The position numbers and the translations under genes were made by a program. From UHGV virus genome UHGV-0019911: a DNA stretch of 44,128 nucleotides; one strand, written 5' to 3'. The notes beneath the pieces were generated by a model. The model saw only the letters and a list, made by a program, of their open reading frames with translations. It was not told the DNA's origin and did no database searches. Numbering within the stretch: the first letter of the stretch is position 1; every line of letters begins with the position of its first letter. The DNA comes from a virus. This document shows positions 18,653 through 27,454 of the stretch, one piece after another.

Positions 18653-19003
18653 TTGAAAACACGCATGCTTGATAAAAACAGTGATTATAGTTTTGGACAA
18701 AACATAAGAGATTATGCAACAGGTATAAATGCTATTGCTCAGAATATAAAAACAAAGGTTAGCCTATTTCAAGGTGAATGGTGGGAAAGTTTAGGTACTG
18801 GTATTCCTATGTTTCAAAGTATCGTAGGTGAAATGAATCCAGAAGCATTGAAAATAAGTAGTTCTTTGTTAATAGCTCAGAGAATTAAAGAGGTAGAACA
18901 AGTACAAAGTGTTGAGGATGTGGAGCCAATTAGAGTTGGTAGAAAATTGCTTTTCAATATAACTGCTAATACTACAGAGGGTAAAGTTGAGGTGAAAATT
19001 TGA
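18653..19003 (+). CDS. baseplate wedge protein W/gp25-like (XkdS/DUF2634-like). TTG start
   Basis: 116 aa, directly upstream of the baseplate J gene; RBS GGTGGTGAG. Confidence 0.45.
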   Translation: MKTRMLDKNSDYSFGQNIRDYATGINAIAQNIKTKVSLFQGEWWESLGTGIPMFQSIVGEMNPEALKISSSLLIAQRIKEVEQVQSVEDVEPIRVGRKLLFNITANTTEGKVEVKI

Positions 19004-20199
19004 TGGCTTATACAGCACCTTACATAGATGAAACCGGATTGCATATCCCTTTATATACTGACATTCGTGATGAACTTATTTCACAAATGAAAAGTATTTT
19101 CGGAGAGGATATTTATATCGATAACGATAGTATGGACTATCAGCAAATTAGCATTTTTGCCAGAAAGATATTTGAAACTAATGCTCTTTTGCAGCTTGTA
19201 TATAATAATCGTACACCTATTACGGCTACTGGTGTTGGTTTGGATAACATTTGTGTTTTAGGTAATATTCAAAGAAAACCAGCTACAAGAAGTACAGTAC
19301 AGCTTACAATTACGGGTGAGCCTAGCACAGTAATAAATAAAGGTGAATGTTCTGACGGAGTGAATGATTGGATTTTACCTGATGTTGTTACTATCCCCGA
19401 TTCTGGTACTATTGTTGTTGAAGCTACCAGCAAGAAAGAAGGGAATATTCCTGCTTTACCTAACACTATAGTTCAGATACTTTCCCCTGTTTACGGTTGG
19501 TATAGTGTAACTAATAACTATGCAGCACAGGCGGGTACTGATGTTGAGAGTGATGCTAGTTTGCGTGGCAGGTACAGTTTAGGAACTCGCGGAACAAGTG
19601 CTACAGTATTCGAGGGTATACTCAGTAAGGTAGATGCAAACGCCGGTGTAACACGCTTAAAAGGCTATGAGAACGATACCGGAAATACAAGCACTGAGAG
19701 TGAACCGGGTAACATTCCCGCAGGTTTACCGCCTCACAGTATTACACTTGTGGTAGAGGGTGGTGACGACCATGAGATAGCGGAAAGTATTTATACTAAT
19801 AAAACTCCCGGCTGCTATATAAATGGAACTACTTCTGTTGAACTTATTTCTGATACGGGTAATGTAAATATAATTCGTTTTTACAGACCTACTTATAAGA
19901 CAGTCTATGTAAAGGTTAGTGTAAAGAAGCTTTCAGGTTGGAACGATGAATATAAAGAAAAGATAAAGCAAGCTATAAGCGACTACATTCAAAACATGAG
20001 CATAGCAGAGAATGTGTATCGATCTGTTATTTGGAGTGTAGGTACTCAGGCTATGGTAGATATAAATAACCCTGCTTATTCTATTCAGGATATCCAGTTC
20101 AGCACAGATAATGTTACATTTAGTCCTGCTGATATTATAGAGGATTTTAACAATGCTGCACAGACTACAGTAGATATGATAACTATAGTAGAGGTGTAA
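19000..20199 (+). CDS. baseplate J-like protein (XkdT/gp47 family)
   Basis: 399 aa with N-terminal Baseplate_J-like features, in order W-J-I. Confidence 0.65.
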   Translation: MMAYTAPYIDETGLHIPLYTDIRDELISQMKSIFGEDIYIDNDSMDYQQISIFARKIFETNALLQLVYNNRTPITATGVGLDNICVLGNIQRKPATRSTVQLTITGEPSTVINKGECSDGVNDWILPDVVTIPDSGTIVVEATSKKEGNIPALPNTIVQILSPVYGWYSVTNNYAAQAGTDVESDASLRGRYSLGTRGTSATVFEGILSKVDANAGVTRLKGYENDTGNTSTESEPGNIPAGLPPHSITLVVEGGDDHEIAESIYTNKTPGCYINGTTSVELISDTGNVNIIRFYRPTYKTVYVKVSVKKLSGWNDEYKEKIKQAISDYIQNMSIAENVYRSVIWSVGTQAMVDINNPAYSIQDIQFSTDNVTFSPADIIEDFNNAAQTTVDMITIVEV

Positions 20200-20202
20200 G
20201 CA

Positions 20203-20781
20203 ATGGGAAAGCTATTTACAAATGAGGAATATTTACGACTAATAACAAGTGAATATGCTGATAAACCTAAGTTCAATGCTTATGTTGAAGCTTTTCTGAA
20301 AATGCTTGATCCCGCTGTTAGTTGTGCTGAAAGTTTTAATAGTATTTTTAACTTAGAGAATGCAGTTGGAGATCAATTAGACAAAATAGGTTCTTTACTT
20401 AGTTTAGGCAGGGAACTTCCTTTTGTTGATCCTGATATCCCTAGTGTACTTCCTGACAGGTACTATAGGATGGTATTAAAGGGAAGAGTATACAGTAACC
20501 ATTGGGACGGCACTATGCAAGGCTTAGCTAACATAATTCATACTATTTATCCTGATGCAGCTTTCAATATTGTTGACGGGCAAAATATGAGTTATCAAGT
20601 CGTTATAATTGAGCCGGGTTCTGACTTAACACTATCTGCTTTAATGTTTCATGGGTATATAATTCCCAAACCGTCTGGTGTAAGAGTAAACTATACAATA
20701 CTAGAGCGACCTTTGTTTGGATATGATTCAAATACTTCCTTTGTTAAAGGTTGGGACTATGGTAGTTGGAGTAATGAATAA
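20203..20781 (+). CDS. tail protein I-like (XkdU/YmfQ DUF2313)
   Basis: 192 aa following the baseplate J gene. Confidence 0.5.
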   Translation: MGKLFTNEEYLRLITSEYADKPKFNAYVEAFLKMLDPAVSCAESFNSIFNLENAVGDQLDKIGSLLSLGRELPFVDPDIPSVLPDRYYRMVLKGRVYSNHWDGTMQGLANIIHTIYPDAAFNIVDGQNMSYQVVIIEPGSDLTLSALMFHGYIIPKPSGVRVNYTILERPLFGYDSNTSFVKGWDYGSWSNE

Positions 20782-20793
20782 GAGGTGTAAAAT

Positions 20794-21000
20794 ATGGCTG
20801 CAATGAATGTAAATAATTTATTTGTAAATGTTTTTAAGGATACTTTACTTGGCTATGTTAGAGTGATACAAATTGGTGAGGGTGGAAATGCTTCTGAAAG
20901 AACTTGTGAAACTTTAACTTCAAGTGAGATAAGTATTTTATTAAATAAAGAAGCTAAAGCATGGTATAAAATCGGTGAATACTGGTATGTTGTTGTTTGA
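20794..21000 (+). CDS. hypothetical small protein (68 aa)
   Basis: ORF with RBS GAGGTG. Confidence 0.4.
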   Translation: MAAMNVNNLFVNVFKDTLLGYVRVIQIGEGGNASERTCETLTSSEISILLNKEAKAWYKIGEYWYVVV

Positions 21001-21019
21001 AAGTGAGGTGTTATAAGTA

Positions 21020-22774
21020 ATGGCAAGTAATAATATAAAGTTGTTTGATGAGAACAAAACAAATATGCTGTCAGATAGTGAGTATAGCACTAACACTCAA
21101 AGAGTAAACGGTGTGCAGTCTGGTATAGCTAGTTCTAAGCTTAATAATAAGGCTATGTACCAGGTTAGCTTAGTTGCTTATGCTATTGGGCAGCTTATGG
21201 CAGCTAATGGCAAGGATGCAAATGATGCTGATGCAGTTAGTACATTTGTTGCTAATATGGATGCCACCATGGTGCAGAAAGTAAAAGATATAGCAAGCAG
21301 TGAAGAAGCTAAAGCAGGTATAAATACTTCACATTACATGACTCCATACACTACTAAGGTAGCTATAGAAGAGTTTTATAATAAGAGTATAAAACCTGAA
21401 ATAAGTAGTTTATATAAAATAGGTGATATAAAGCAAACGGTTAGCTCTAATATTCCTGAAAATTGGCTTAGGTGTAATGGAGCAAAAATAGATAAAGAAC
21501 AATATAGTGAATTATGGAATATGACAAAAGAAACAATAACTAACTTTGATAATTACCTAAGTATTACAGTAACTAGCAATTTCCAAGAGACTTTTCAAAG
21601 AAGTTATAAATATTTTTACTTCAATGAGCATAATGTTAGTATTGTATTCTATAATGGTAGAATACAATATATTTATTCAAACGATAATTTTGCACACTAC
21701 ACAAGAAGTGAGCTGATAACAACAATAATACCAACTAATATATTGAGTGTATATGCAACTAATTTTGTTATATACAAAAATTATGCTTCTTGCATATTAG
21801 TTTATCAGGAACAATCGACTAGAAATTATATTTATTCAGAATTTAGAATTTATAATGATTGGACTTATAAGAATATAAGTATTGGTAATAAGTCTTATGA
21901 ATTTATTGTAAATAATTATGTATACAAAGATCGTGTAGGATCTTATTCTTTAGTTGCAAATGCTAAAAGTGACGTATCAGGTATAGCTCAAATTTTATAT
22001 ACTTTGTATAAACAAGAAAACTCAGATATAATAGAACTTCATAATACTGGTATAGAAATTCCATCACAGTCAGAATCAAAGATTAGAATACAAAATGGGA
22101 TATTTACTTATGAAGATGGATTTTATTTTACGCTATCTACAGTAGATTTTTATACTGATCCCAAAATTCAAGTATACAGAAGTGAAACTGTAAATGGTAG
22201 ATATACACTAATAAAAACATTAAATAGGAATGATATTATAGATGGTAGTGGTGTTTTGAGTAATAATGCAAGAGTATTTACATTATTAGATCAACAAATA
22301 GAAATAGAAGATGAAAATATAAAAAATTTGCTATACATATATTATGAAGCAGGCGGGAAGCCTTATATGTTTGGATTAAATTTAGTTACAAATGAAAAAA
22401 CATATGTTTATAATCCTAAATACATAAATAACTTAGTAAAAGACCCATGGAATCACCTAACTTATAAGAATGGTGTATTTTATTCTCTTCGTACTATTTC
22501 AGATACTTATAAATTATATGCATATGAAAATAAAGAAAGTAGCCAAGTATTATATGATTTGGGTTTTTTAGTACGCCCTAATACCTCTGGTACAAAGTTA
22601 AGTATAAATAACGGGATGTCGTGTCTATACGCTTATTCAAATGTGAGTGGTTCATCAAATCTTATTTTCGCTAGTTTTCAAATAGTATTTTCTAAAAATT
22701 TACCAATGATACCAGAAGAGCAAATAAACAATAACTATTATGCTTTAATAAAAGCAAAAGAGGATACAGTTTAA
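21020..22774 (+). CDS. tail fibre / receptor-binding protein. Constant N-terminal part to about 21326, variable C-terminal part Sv from 21373
   Basis: 584 aa. The N-terminal region is conserved tail-fibre-like; the C-terminal part is Tyr/Asn-rich. Contains the left 46-bp inverted repeat at 21327-21372. Confidence 0.7.
   Translation: MASNNIKLFDENKTNMLSDSEYSTNTQRVNGVQSGIASSKLNNKAMYQVSLVAYAIGQLMAANGKDANDADAVSTFVANMDATMVQKVKDIASSEEAKAGINTSHYMTPYTTKVAIEEFYNKSIKPEISSLYKIGDIKQTVSSNIPENWLRCNGAKIDKEQYSELWNMTKETITNFDNYLSITVTSNFQETFQRSYKYFYFNEHNVSIVFYNGRIQYIYSNDNFAHYTRSELITTIIPTNILSVYATNFVIYKNYASCILVYQEQSTRNYIYSEFRIYNDWTYKNISIGNKSYEFIVNNYVYKDRVGSYSLVANAKSDVSGIAQILYTLYKQENSDIIELHNTGIEIPSQSESKIRIQNGIFTYEDGFYFTLSTVDFYTDPKIQVYRSETVNGRYTLIKTLNRNDIIDGSGVLSNNARVFTLLDQQIEIEDENIKNLLYIYYEAGGKPYMFGLNLVTNEKTYVYNPKYINNLVKDPWNHLTYKNGVFYSLRTISDTYKLYAYENKESSQVLYDLGFLVRPNTSGTKLSINNGMSCLYAYSNVSGSSNLIFASFQIVFSKNLPMIPEEQINNNYYALIKAKEDTV
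21327..21372. repeat. IR-L: 46-bp perfect inverted repeat inside the tail-fibre gene (CTTCACATTACATGACTCCATACACTACTAAGGTAGCTATAGAAGA)
   Basis: Exact reverse complement is found at 23999-24044. Confidence 0.9.
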
Positions 22775-24057
22775 CTCATTTTACTTTCTTCTAAGTAAGT
22801 ATATGTATAAATTCTATACTCCATTGTCTCTGATTCTATTTGTATTTTATGCGAAGAACAAATAACAACTCCATCTGGAATATTATCATTATCACAATTA
22901 ACTGTTTTTAATATATAACCATTATCAAGCTTTATATTCTTTATTTTTTTTCTTTCGGGAATGTTATAACATAATAATATTTTTTTATAATCTAAACTTT
23001 GTTTGAGTGCTATATTTATAGCACCATAATAAATATCTGTACTACATAAATATGCAATATTATTTGCCTTATCAAACTTATAATTTTTTATTATACCGTT
23101 ATAACGTGATGACGTAGAAGCTATATATAAGTTATTTCCTTGTTGTATAATACGACCAACACCACCTGATTCTTCTGTTATAGATACTATTTGTACTTTT
23201 TTATTATATATACCTATTGTAACTAATCTAAAATCACTCAAAATATAACATACAAAATTTGCTATAACATATCCGTATGCGAAGCTAGAACCATAATTAG
23301 ATAAGTATATGTTTAAACTTACAGAAGTAGGTGAAGTTGTTTTATAATTACTTATTTTAGATAATTGTAAGTTAGGATCCACAAAATATATATTATCTAC
23401 ATCAGGGTCACATGCTAGTACATTATTTCCATGATAAACTGTTACATTAACATCAGGAGTTATTCTACTTAGGCGTTCAGCTCCATTTGTTCCGTTAAAT
23501 ATATAACTATCTCTAGCTTGTGATTCAGTTGAAAAGGTAACAACAAGATAATTTTCATCGTTCATCCTATTAACATTAACATTAACTATACTGCTGAATG
23601 ATGAATATTGAGATGCAACACTTTTGAATATTTTATTTTCTTCATCAAGTTTATAAACAGTTAAAGAGTTTCCACTTATATGCATTGAAAGTAATTTCCC
23701 TGAACATTCAATTAAAGAGTTATTAGTGATTATATTACTATTGGTTAATGTTACATCATAAAGCGTTACTTCTTCTGAATTTTCTAAATTCACTTTTACA
23801 ATAACTACATCTTGTGCACTACTACTAGAAGTAGCATAGCATACTCCCCAAAAATATCTTCTGCCTATTGTTTGTCCCATAATGCTAAATTGATTATATT
23901 CTGGTTTTCTATCTAATATTTTTTTTTGAATATAATTTATATTATAGTCTACTATTTCAGTTTCCTCGTATTGTGAAGAAAGTTTAGGTAACAATATATC
24001 TTCTATAGCTACCTTAGTAGTGTATGGAGTCATGTAATGTGAAGAGTAATTAAACAT
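22771..24057 (-). CDS. alternative tail-fibre C-terminal cassette (Sv'), silent in this orientation. Lacks an RBS; would fuse in frame to the constant N-terminus after inversion
   Basis: The only long - strand ORF. Its N-terminus SSHYMTPYTTKVAIE is identical to residues around 107-120 of the + strand fibre because it is encoded by the inverted repeat. The stop codon overlaps the + gene stop as TTAA. Confidence 0.6.
   Translation of the reverse strand: MFNYSSHYMTPYTTKVAIEDILLPKLSSQYEETEIVDYNINYIQKKILDRKPEYNQFSIMGQTIGRRYFWGVCYATSSSSAQDVVIVKVNLENSEEVTLYDVTLTNSNIITNNSLIECSGKLLSMHISGNSLTVYKLDEENKIFKSVASQYSSFSSIVNVNVNRMNDENYLVVTFSTESQARDSYIFNGTNGAERLSRITPDVNVTVYHGNNVLACDPDVDNIYFVDPNLQLSKISNYKTTSPTSVSLNIYLSNYGSSFAYGYVIANFVCYILSDFRLVTIGIYNKKVQIVSITEESGGVGRIIQQGNNLYIASTSSRYNGIIKNYKFDKANNIAYLCSTDIYYGAINIALKQSLDYKKILLCYNIPERKKIKNIKLDNGYILKTVNCDNDNIPDGVVICSSHKIQIESETMEYRIYTYTYLEESKMS
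23999..24044. repeat. IR-R: 46-bp inverted repeat partner
   Basis: Reverse complement of 21327-21372. Confidence 0.9.
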
Positions 24058-24109
24058 TCTGATAGAAAAAATAAGTCATAAAAAATATAAAATATTTTGC
24101 AAAAAAGTA

Positions 24110-24138
24110 TTTACAAGTTCAAAGTTCTATGGTATAAT
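24110..24138 (+). promoter_or_regulatory. promoter, -35 TTTACA, 17-nt spacer, TGGTATAAT
   Basis: AAAAAAGTATTTACAAG...TGGTATAAT motif family. Confidence 0.6.
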
Positions 24139-24173
24139 GGAACTATAAACAAAGGAACTACAAAACAATATAA

Positions 24174-24377
24174 ATGGAGGAAATGGTTATGAAGTACACT
24201 GTTAAACAGCTCTGGGATTTTGTTAATCGTATTGAAGTTGATGATCCTAATGTTACAAGAGATCGTGCACAAACTGCCATTGAGTTTCTTGACAATATTG
24301 TTGGTTTGGATATTTATGTTTATAATGATATGATGGATGCAATCGCTTATATCGTTCGTGAAAGCTACCATAGATAA
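24174..24377 (+). CDS. hypothetical small protein (67 aa)
   Basis: RBS AAATGGAGGAAATGG; downstream of the promoter. Confidence 0.45.
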   Translation: MEEMVMKYTVKQLWDFVNRIEVDDPNVTRDRAQTAIEFLDNIVGLDIYVYNDMMDAIAYIVRESYHR

Positions 24378-24384
24378 TAACCCT

Positions 24385-24420
24385 ATGTTTACCCGCCCCG
24401 GAGGTTACGAGGGTAGCAGT
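24385..24420 (+). terminator. GC-rich hairpin (GGGTA-GCAG-TACCC core within CCCGCCCCGGAGG...), candidate terminator or RNA element
   Basis: Conspicuous GC-rich segment in an AT-rich intergenic region; no clean T-tract. Confidence 0.3.
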
Positions 24421-24466
24421 ACCCCTTAAAATTGTAAATGGTATATATTTAGAAAGGAAGCTAAAA

Positions 24467-24868
24467 ATGGCATTTTGTAAATATTGTTTTGGTCTGGGAG
24501 AAAAATATTATTGTTCAGGGCAAAAAGCAACACCAGAATGTTATTATCATGGAACACCTGATACCGGAAAATGTAAGTTATATAAGCCTTTCAGCTTATT
24601 TGATTTTCATAACAGAAGTGAAAAACCTGATCCTAATTCTGTTGTTAATAGTAGTTCTAAGGATGAATCTGCTAACCCTTACTGGGAGCGTATAGAAGCA
24701 CTTTCTAAGGCTCAGAGAGATAAGGGTATAGAAAAATATGAGCAAGGGTTGGAAGTCAATACAACACATTCTATTGTTGAAAGGCTGACCTATATTGAAG
24801 AGGAACTTATTGATGCACTTATGTACATTGAGTGGGTAAAAGATGGTTTAGCAGGGAAAGGAAAATAA
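24467..24868 (+). CDS. hypothetical Cys-rich protein (133 aa)
   Basis: ORF with RBS AAAGGAAG; N-terminal CxxC...C...C cluster. Confidence 0.45.
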   Translation: MAFCKYCFGLGEKYYCSGQKATPECYYHGTPDTGKCKLYKPFSLFDFHNRSEKPDPNSVVNSSSKDESANPYWERIEALSKAQRDKGIEKYEQGLEVNTTHSIVERLTYIEEELIDALMYIEWVKDGLAGKGK

Positions 24869-24870
24869 AA

Positions 24871-25173
24871 ATGGATGTAATTGAATTTGTAAAAACATTG
24901 CAGAGAATTGCTAAAAAGAATAATAAAACAGAATATAATATTGCTATAAATGATAATCCTAATATATTAGTTGAAATGGTTAAAGAATGGGCAAAAGAAA
25001 ATCCTGTAAAAACCAGACAAGACGAATTTCTAAAGTTGTTTCCCAATGCTCCATTTGATAATCATGGAGTTATTCTAATTTGTCCATATGATATTGATAA
25101 AAATTTCAAATGTTGTGATAGTAATTCTTGCGTCGATTGCACTCGTGATTATTGGATGCAAGGGGTAGAGTAA
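24871..25173 (+). CDS. hypothetical Cys-rich protein (100 aa)
   Basis: RBS GGAAAGGAAAA. Start trimmed to the ATG at 24871. Confidence 0.45.
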   Translation: MDVIEFVKTLQRIAKKNNKTEYNIAINDNPNILVEMVKEWAKENPVKTRQDEFLKLFPNAPFDNHGVILICPYDIDKNFKCCDSNSCVDCTRDYWMQGVE

Positions 25174-25349
25174 TGGATTTAGAAAACAAGCATTTGGCGG
25201 CCGGGTTAATCTGTGAAAAGATGTTTGATCCGATTGAGACAACGTGCGATATGTCGCTTTTCTCTGCCGATGAGTGCCGTTTGATTGAAACAATCGTAGA
25301 AAGTATTATGAAGAATATGGACGGATGTGCTGACCATGAGATTGATTGA
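25173..25349 (+). CDS. hypothetical small protein inside the GC-rich islet (58 aa)
   Basis: TAATG-coupled start; markedly higher GC and rare codons. Confidence 0.35.
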   Translation: MDLENKHLAAGLICEKMFDPIETTCDMSLFSADECRLIETIVESIMKNMDGCADHEID

Positions 25350-25581
25350 TGCAGACAATTTGAACGCAAGACTTAGCAGCAACGGAACGCCGTATTATAC
25401 AGTACCGGATATAGAAAATGCCCCCACTGTGAATGCCGTGCCTGTGGTACATGGGCGGTGGATCGAAGGCAAATACGACTCGGAAACCGGAGATTATATG
25501 GAAAAGTGCTCTCATTGCGGTGTGTTTTCAAGAGAATATTGGAAGTCATACTGTTCTGAGTGTGGTGCTAAGATGGATTGA
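25336..25581 (+). CDS. hypothetical protein with a C-terminal zinc ribbon (CSHCG...CSECG), GC-rich islet
   Basis: ORF starting at ATG 25336 (alternative GTG at 25327). Confidence 0.4.
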   Translation: MRLIDADNLNARLSSNGTPYYTVPDIENAPTVNAVPVVHGRWIEGKYDSETGDYMEKCSHCGVFSREYWKSYCSECGAKMD

Positions 25582-25592
25582 GGTGATAACAT

Positions 25593-25925
25593 GTGAATGA
25601 ATGTAGTTTATGTAATAATTGTCCATATCGTACAGACTTTTCATTGTTAGAAGCTAGAATAAAGCAATTAGAAGAGGATAGCGAAAGTGAACATAGCTTC
25701 CATGAGAAGTATTATGCAGACCAAAGAGAAAGAATTAAAAGAGATGCAGAAATAGACTTAACTTTGAAACATGTTGACGAAAAGTTAGATAAGTTACTTA
25801 ACTGGAAAGAAGAGCAAGTAGCTAAACCTGCAAAAAGGATGGATAGTTTACTTGATAAAATACTCTTATCTGGTGTAGGTGCAGCAGTTGGCTATATAAT
25901 TGCTATACTTTTTGGAACTATGTAA
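25593..25925 (+). CDS. XhlA-like lysis-associated membrane protein: coiled-coil plus a C-terminal transmembrane helix. GTG start
   Basis: RBS GAGGTG. C-terminal LLSGVGAAVGYIIAILFG is a TM segment; lies upstream of the holin and endolysin. Confidence 0.4.
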   Translation: MNECSLCNNCPYRTDFSLLEARIKQLEEDSESEHSFHEKYYADQRERIKRDAEIDLTLKHVDEKLDKLLNWKEEQVAKPAKRMDSLLDKILLSGVGAAVGYIIAILFGTM

Positions 25926-25934
25926 TTTGTTAAT

Positions 25935-26072
25935 AAAACAAGTAAGAAGTATAAAAAGTTTAATATAAGCAATAAGTATAAAATGTATTTACAGTCCCTC
26001 ATAAAGCTAATACTAATACTTTGCTTATTATAACTACCTTATCCGGATAGGAATACGCTTCTTACTTGTTTT
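25935..26072. promoter_or_regulatory. lysis-module control region: 15-bp perfect inverted repeats (AAAACAAGTAAGAAG at 25935-25949 and CTTCTTACTTGTTTT at 26058-26072) flanking a weak promoter-like TTTACA and a 10-bp palindrome TATCCGGATA (26038-26047)
   Basis: Read directly from the sequence. Confidence 0.35.
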
Positions 26073-26098
26073 AATTTTATTTATGGAGGTTTATAATT

Positions 26099-26440
26099 AT
26101 GTACGGAACTATTGATGAGGTTATGAAAGCTTATACCAAAGGTTTTATCGGTTTGGAAGATGCTAACCGTATGTTAAAAGAGCTTGGTAGTCCTGTAAAG
26201 ATTGATCCTTACAAGAATGTTATTACAGCTAATGAGTACAAAGAAACTACTTCTGATGGTACTGCCAAGGGCACTACTGGTTATGGTTTCATGAACCATG
26301 GTGTAGGTAACCCTGAAAAGATGTATGTAAAAGATGGTAAGTTTGAGTATGATACTGGTTTTGATGCTGACCACCTTGTAGTCCTTTACATTGCAGGTAA
26401 GAAATTCAAGGTTGTGAATGATCACATTGAGGATATGTAA
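26099..26440 (+). CDS. hypothetical protein (113 aa) in the lysis region
   Basis: RBS GGAGG. Confidence 0.45.
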   Translation: MYGTIDEVMKAYTKGFIGLEDANRMLKELGSPVKIDPYKNVITANEYKETTSDGTAKGTTGYGFMNHGVGNPEKMYVKDGKFEYDTGFDADHLVVLYIAGKKFKVVNDHIEDM

Positions 26441-26442
26441 TC

Positions 26443-26712
26443 ATGAGTAAGGTAAACATACCTGTACGTCTTAAGAACCCGTGGTTTTGGGTTGGTGTAC
26501 TGTCTGTTATTATTACCTCTATAGGTATAGATCCTAGTACTATGACAACTTGGTGTTCAGTATTAGATGCTATCGATGCAGTGTTAAGAAATCCTGTACA
26601 ACTTATAACTGCCATTCTTGCTGTCCTTGCTATATTTGTTGATCCGACTACAGCAGGCTTTACAGATAGTGCAAGAGCTTTAGGCTATAAATGTCCTAAC
26701 AAGAATAAGTAA
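26443..26712 (+). CDS. holin (phi-LC3 family-like, two transmembrane domains)
   Basis: Two hydrophobic helices (WFWVGVLSVIITSIGI; LITAILAVLAIFV) followed by a DPTTAGFTDS motif and a charged C-terminus; directly upstream of the endolysin. Confidence 0.75.
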   Translation: MSKVNIPVRLKNPWFWVGVLSVIITSIGIDPSTMTTWCSVLDAIDAVLRNPVQLITAILAVLAIFVDPTTAGFTDSARALGYKCPNKNK

Positions 26713-26719
26713 TCTAACA

Positions 26720-26759
26720 AATTGCCCTGTACTTAACCGTATGGGGCAATTCTTTTATT
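26720..26759 (+). terminator. hairpin (8-bp stem AATTGCCC/GGGCAATT, 16-nt loop) followed by CTTTTATT, between holin and endolysin
   Basis: Stem-loop plus T-rich tract. Confidence 0.4.
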
Positions 26760-26772
26760 AGGAGATGCATAT

Positions 26773-27399
26773 ATGGTAATACAATTCATAAACTGTAATT
26801 TAGGAAACTATGAGCAAGTAAAAAGTAAAAAGAAATTTATAGCTTTACATTATACAGGAAATAGAAATGATACAGCTAGAAGTAATGCCAGATATTTCCA
26901 TAATACAGTAACTAAGACCTCTGCACATTATTTTGTTGATGAGAATGAGATCTACCAAAGTGTACCTGATTTTTATAAAGCTTGGGCAATAGGATCTTAT
27001 ACAAATGAATACTATCATCCAAAAGCTAGAAATGTAAATACAATCAATATAGAAATGTGCAACAGTGTAGATGGAATTCCAGAAAAAACTAAGCAGAATA
27101 CTTTCTGGTTAATTAAGTTGCTTATGGAGCGTTACAATATTCCTATAGAAAATGTAATTCGGCATTATGATGTTACACACAAATTATGCCCCAAACCACT
27201 TGTTTCTGAGATCGCTTGGAGCAAATTTAAGCAGGAATTGAAATTATATTTAAGTAAAGGAGAAACTACTATGACAGTTGAAGAAGCGAAGAAAATACTT
27301 ATTGAGAAAGTTGGATTAAGTAAAACTACAATAGATTGGTTAAGTTACTATAAATACTCTGATAGTTTGTTTATTAAATTAGCGCAGAACGTAAAATAA
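26773..27399 (+). CDS. endolysin, N-acetylmuramoyl-L-alanine amidase (Amidase_2/PGRP fold) with a short C-terminal domain
   Basis: HYTGN...AHYFVD...NTINIEMCN...RHYDVTHKLCP are Amidase_2 hallmarks. Confidence 0.85.
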   Translation: MVIQFINCNLGNYEQVKSKKKFIALHYTGNRNDTARSNARYFHNTVTKTSAHYFVDENEIYQSVPDFYKAWAIGSYTNEYYHPKARNVNTINIEMCNSVDGIPEKTKQNTFWLIKLLMERYNIPIENVIRHYDVTHKLCPKPLVSEIAWSKFKQELKLYLSKGETTMTVEEAKKILIEKVGLSKTTIDWLSYYKYSDSLFIKLAQNVK

Positions 27400-27405
27400 T
27401 AAGTA

Positions 27406-27434
27406 TTTACAAAACAATAAAAGTATGGTATAAT
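27406..27434 (+). promoter_or_regulatory. promoter, -35 TTTACA, 17-nt spacer, TGGTATAAT
   Basis: Motif family. Confidence 0.6.
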
Positions 27435-27454
27435 ATATAAAGGAGGTGTAAAGC

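Noticed and set aside
25988-26016. Possible ninth promoter (TTTACA at 25988) in the lysis control region; also a TTTATC…TATAAA element at 42833-42855
   Set aside because: -10 elements are poor or spacing is wrong (26011 TACTAA; 11-nt spacer at 42839). Kept only as weak candidates.
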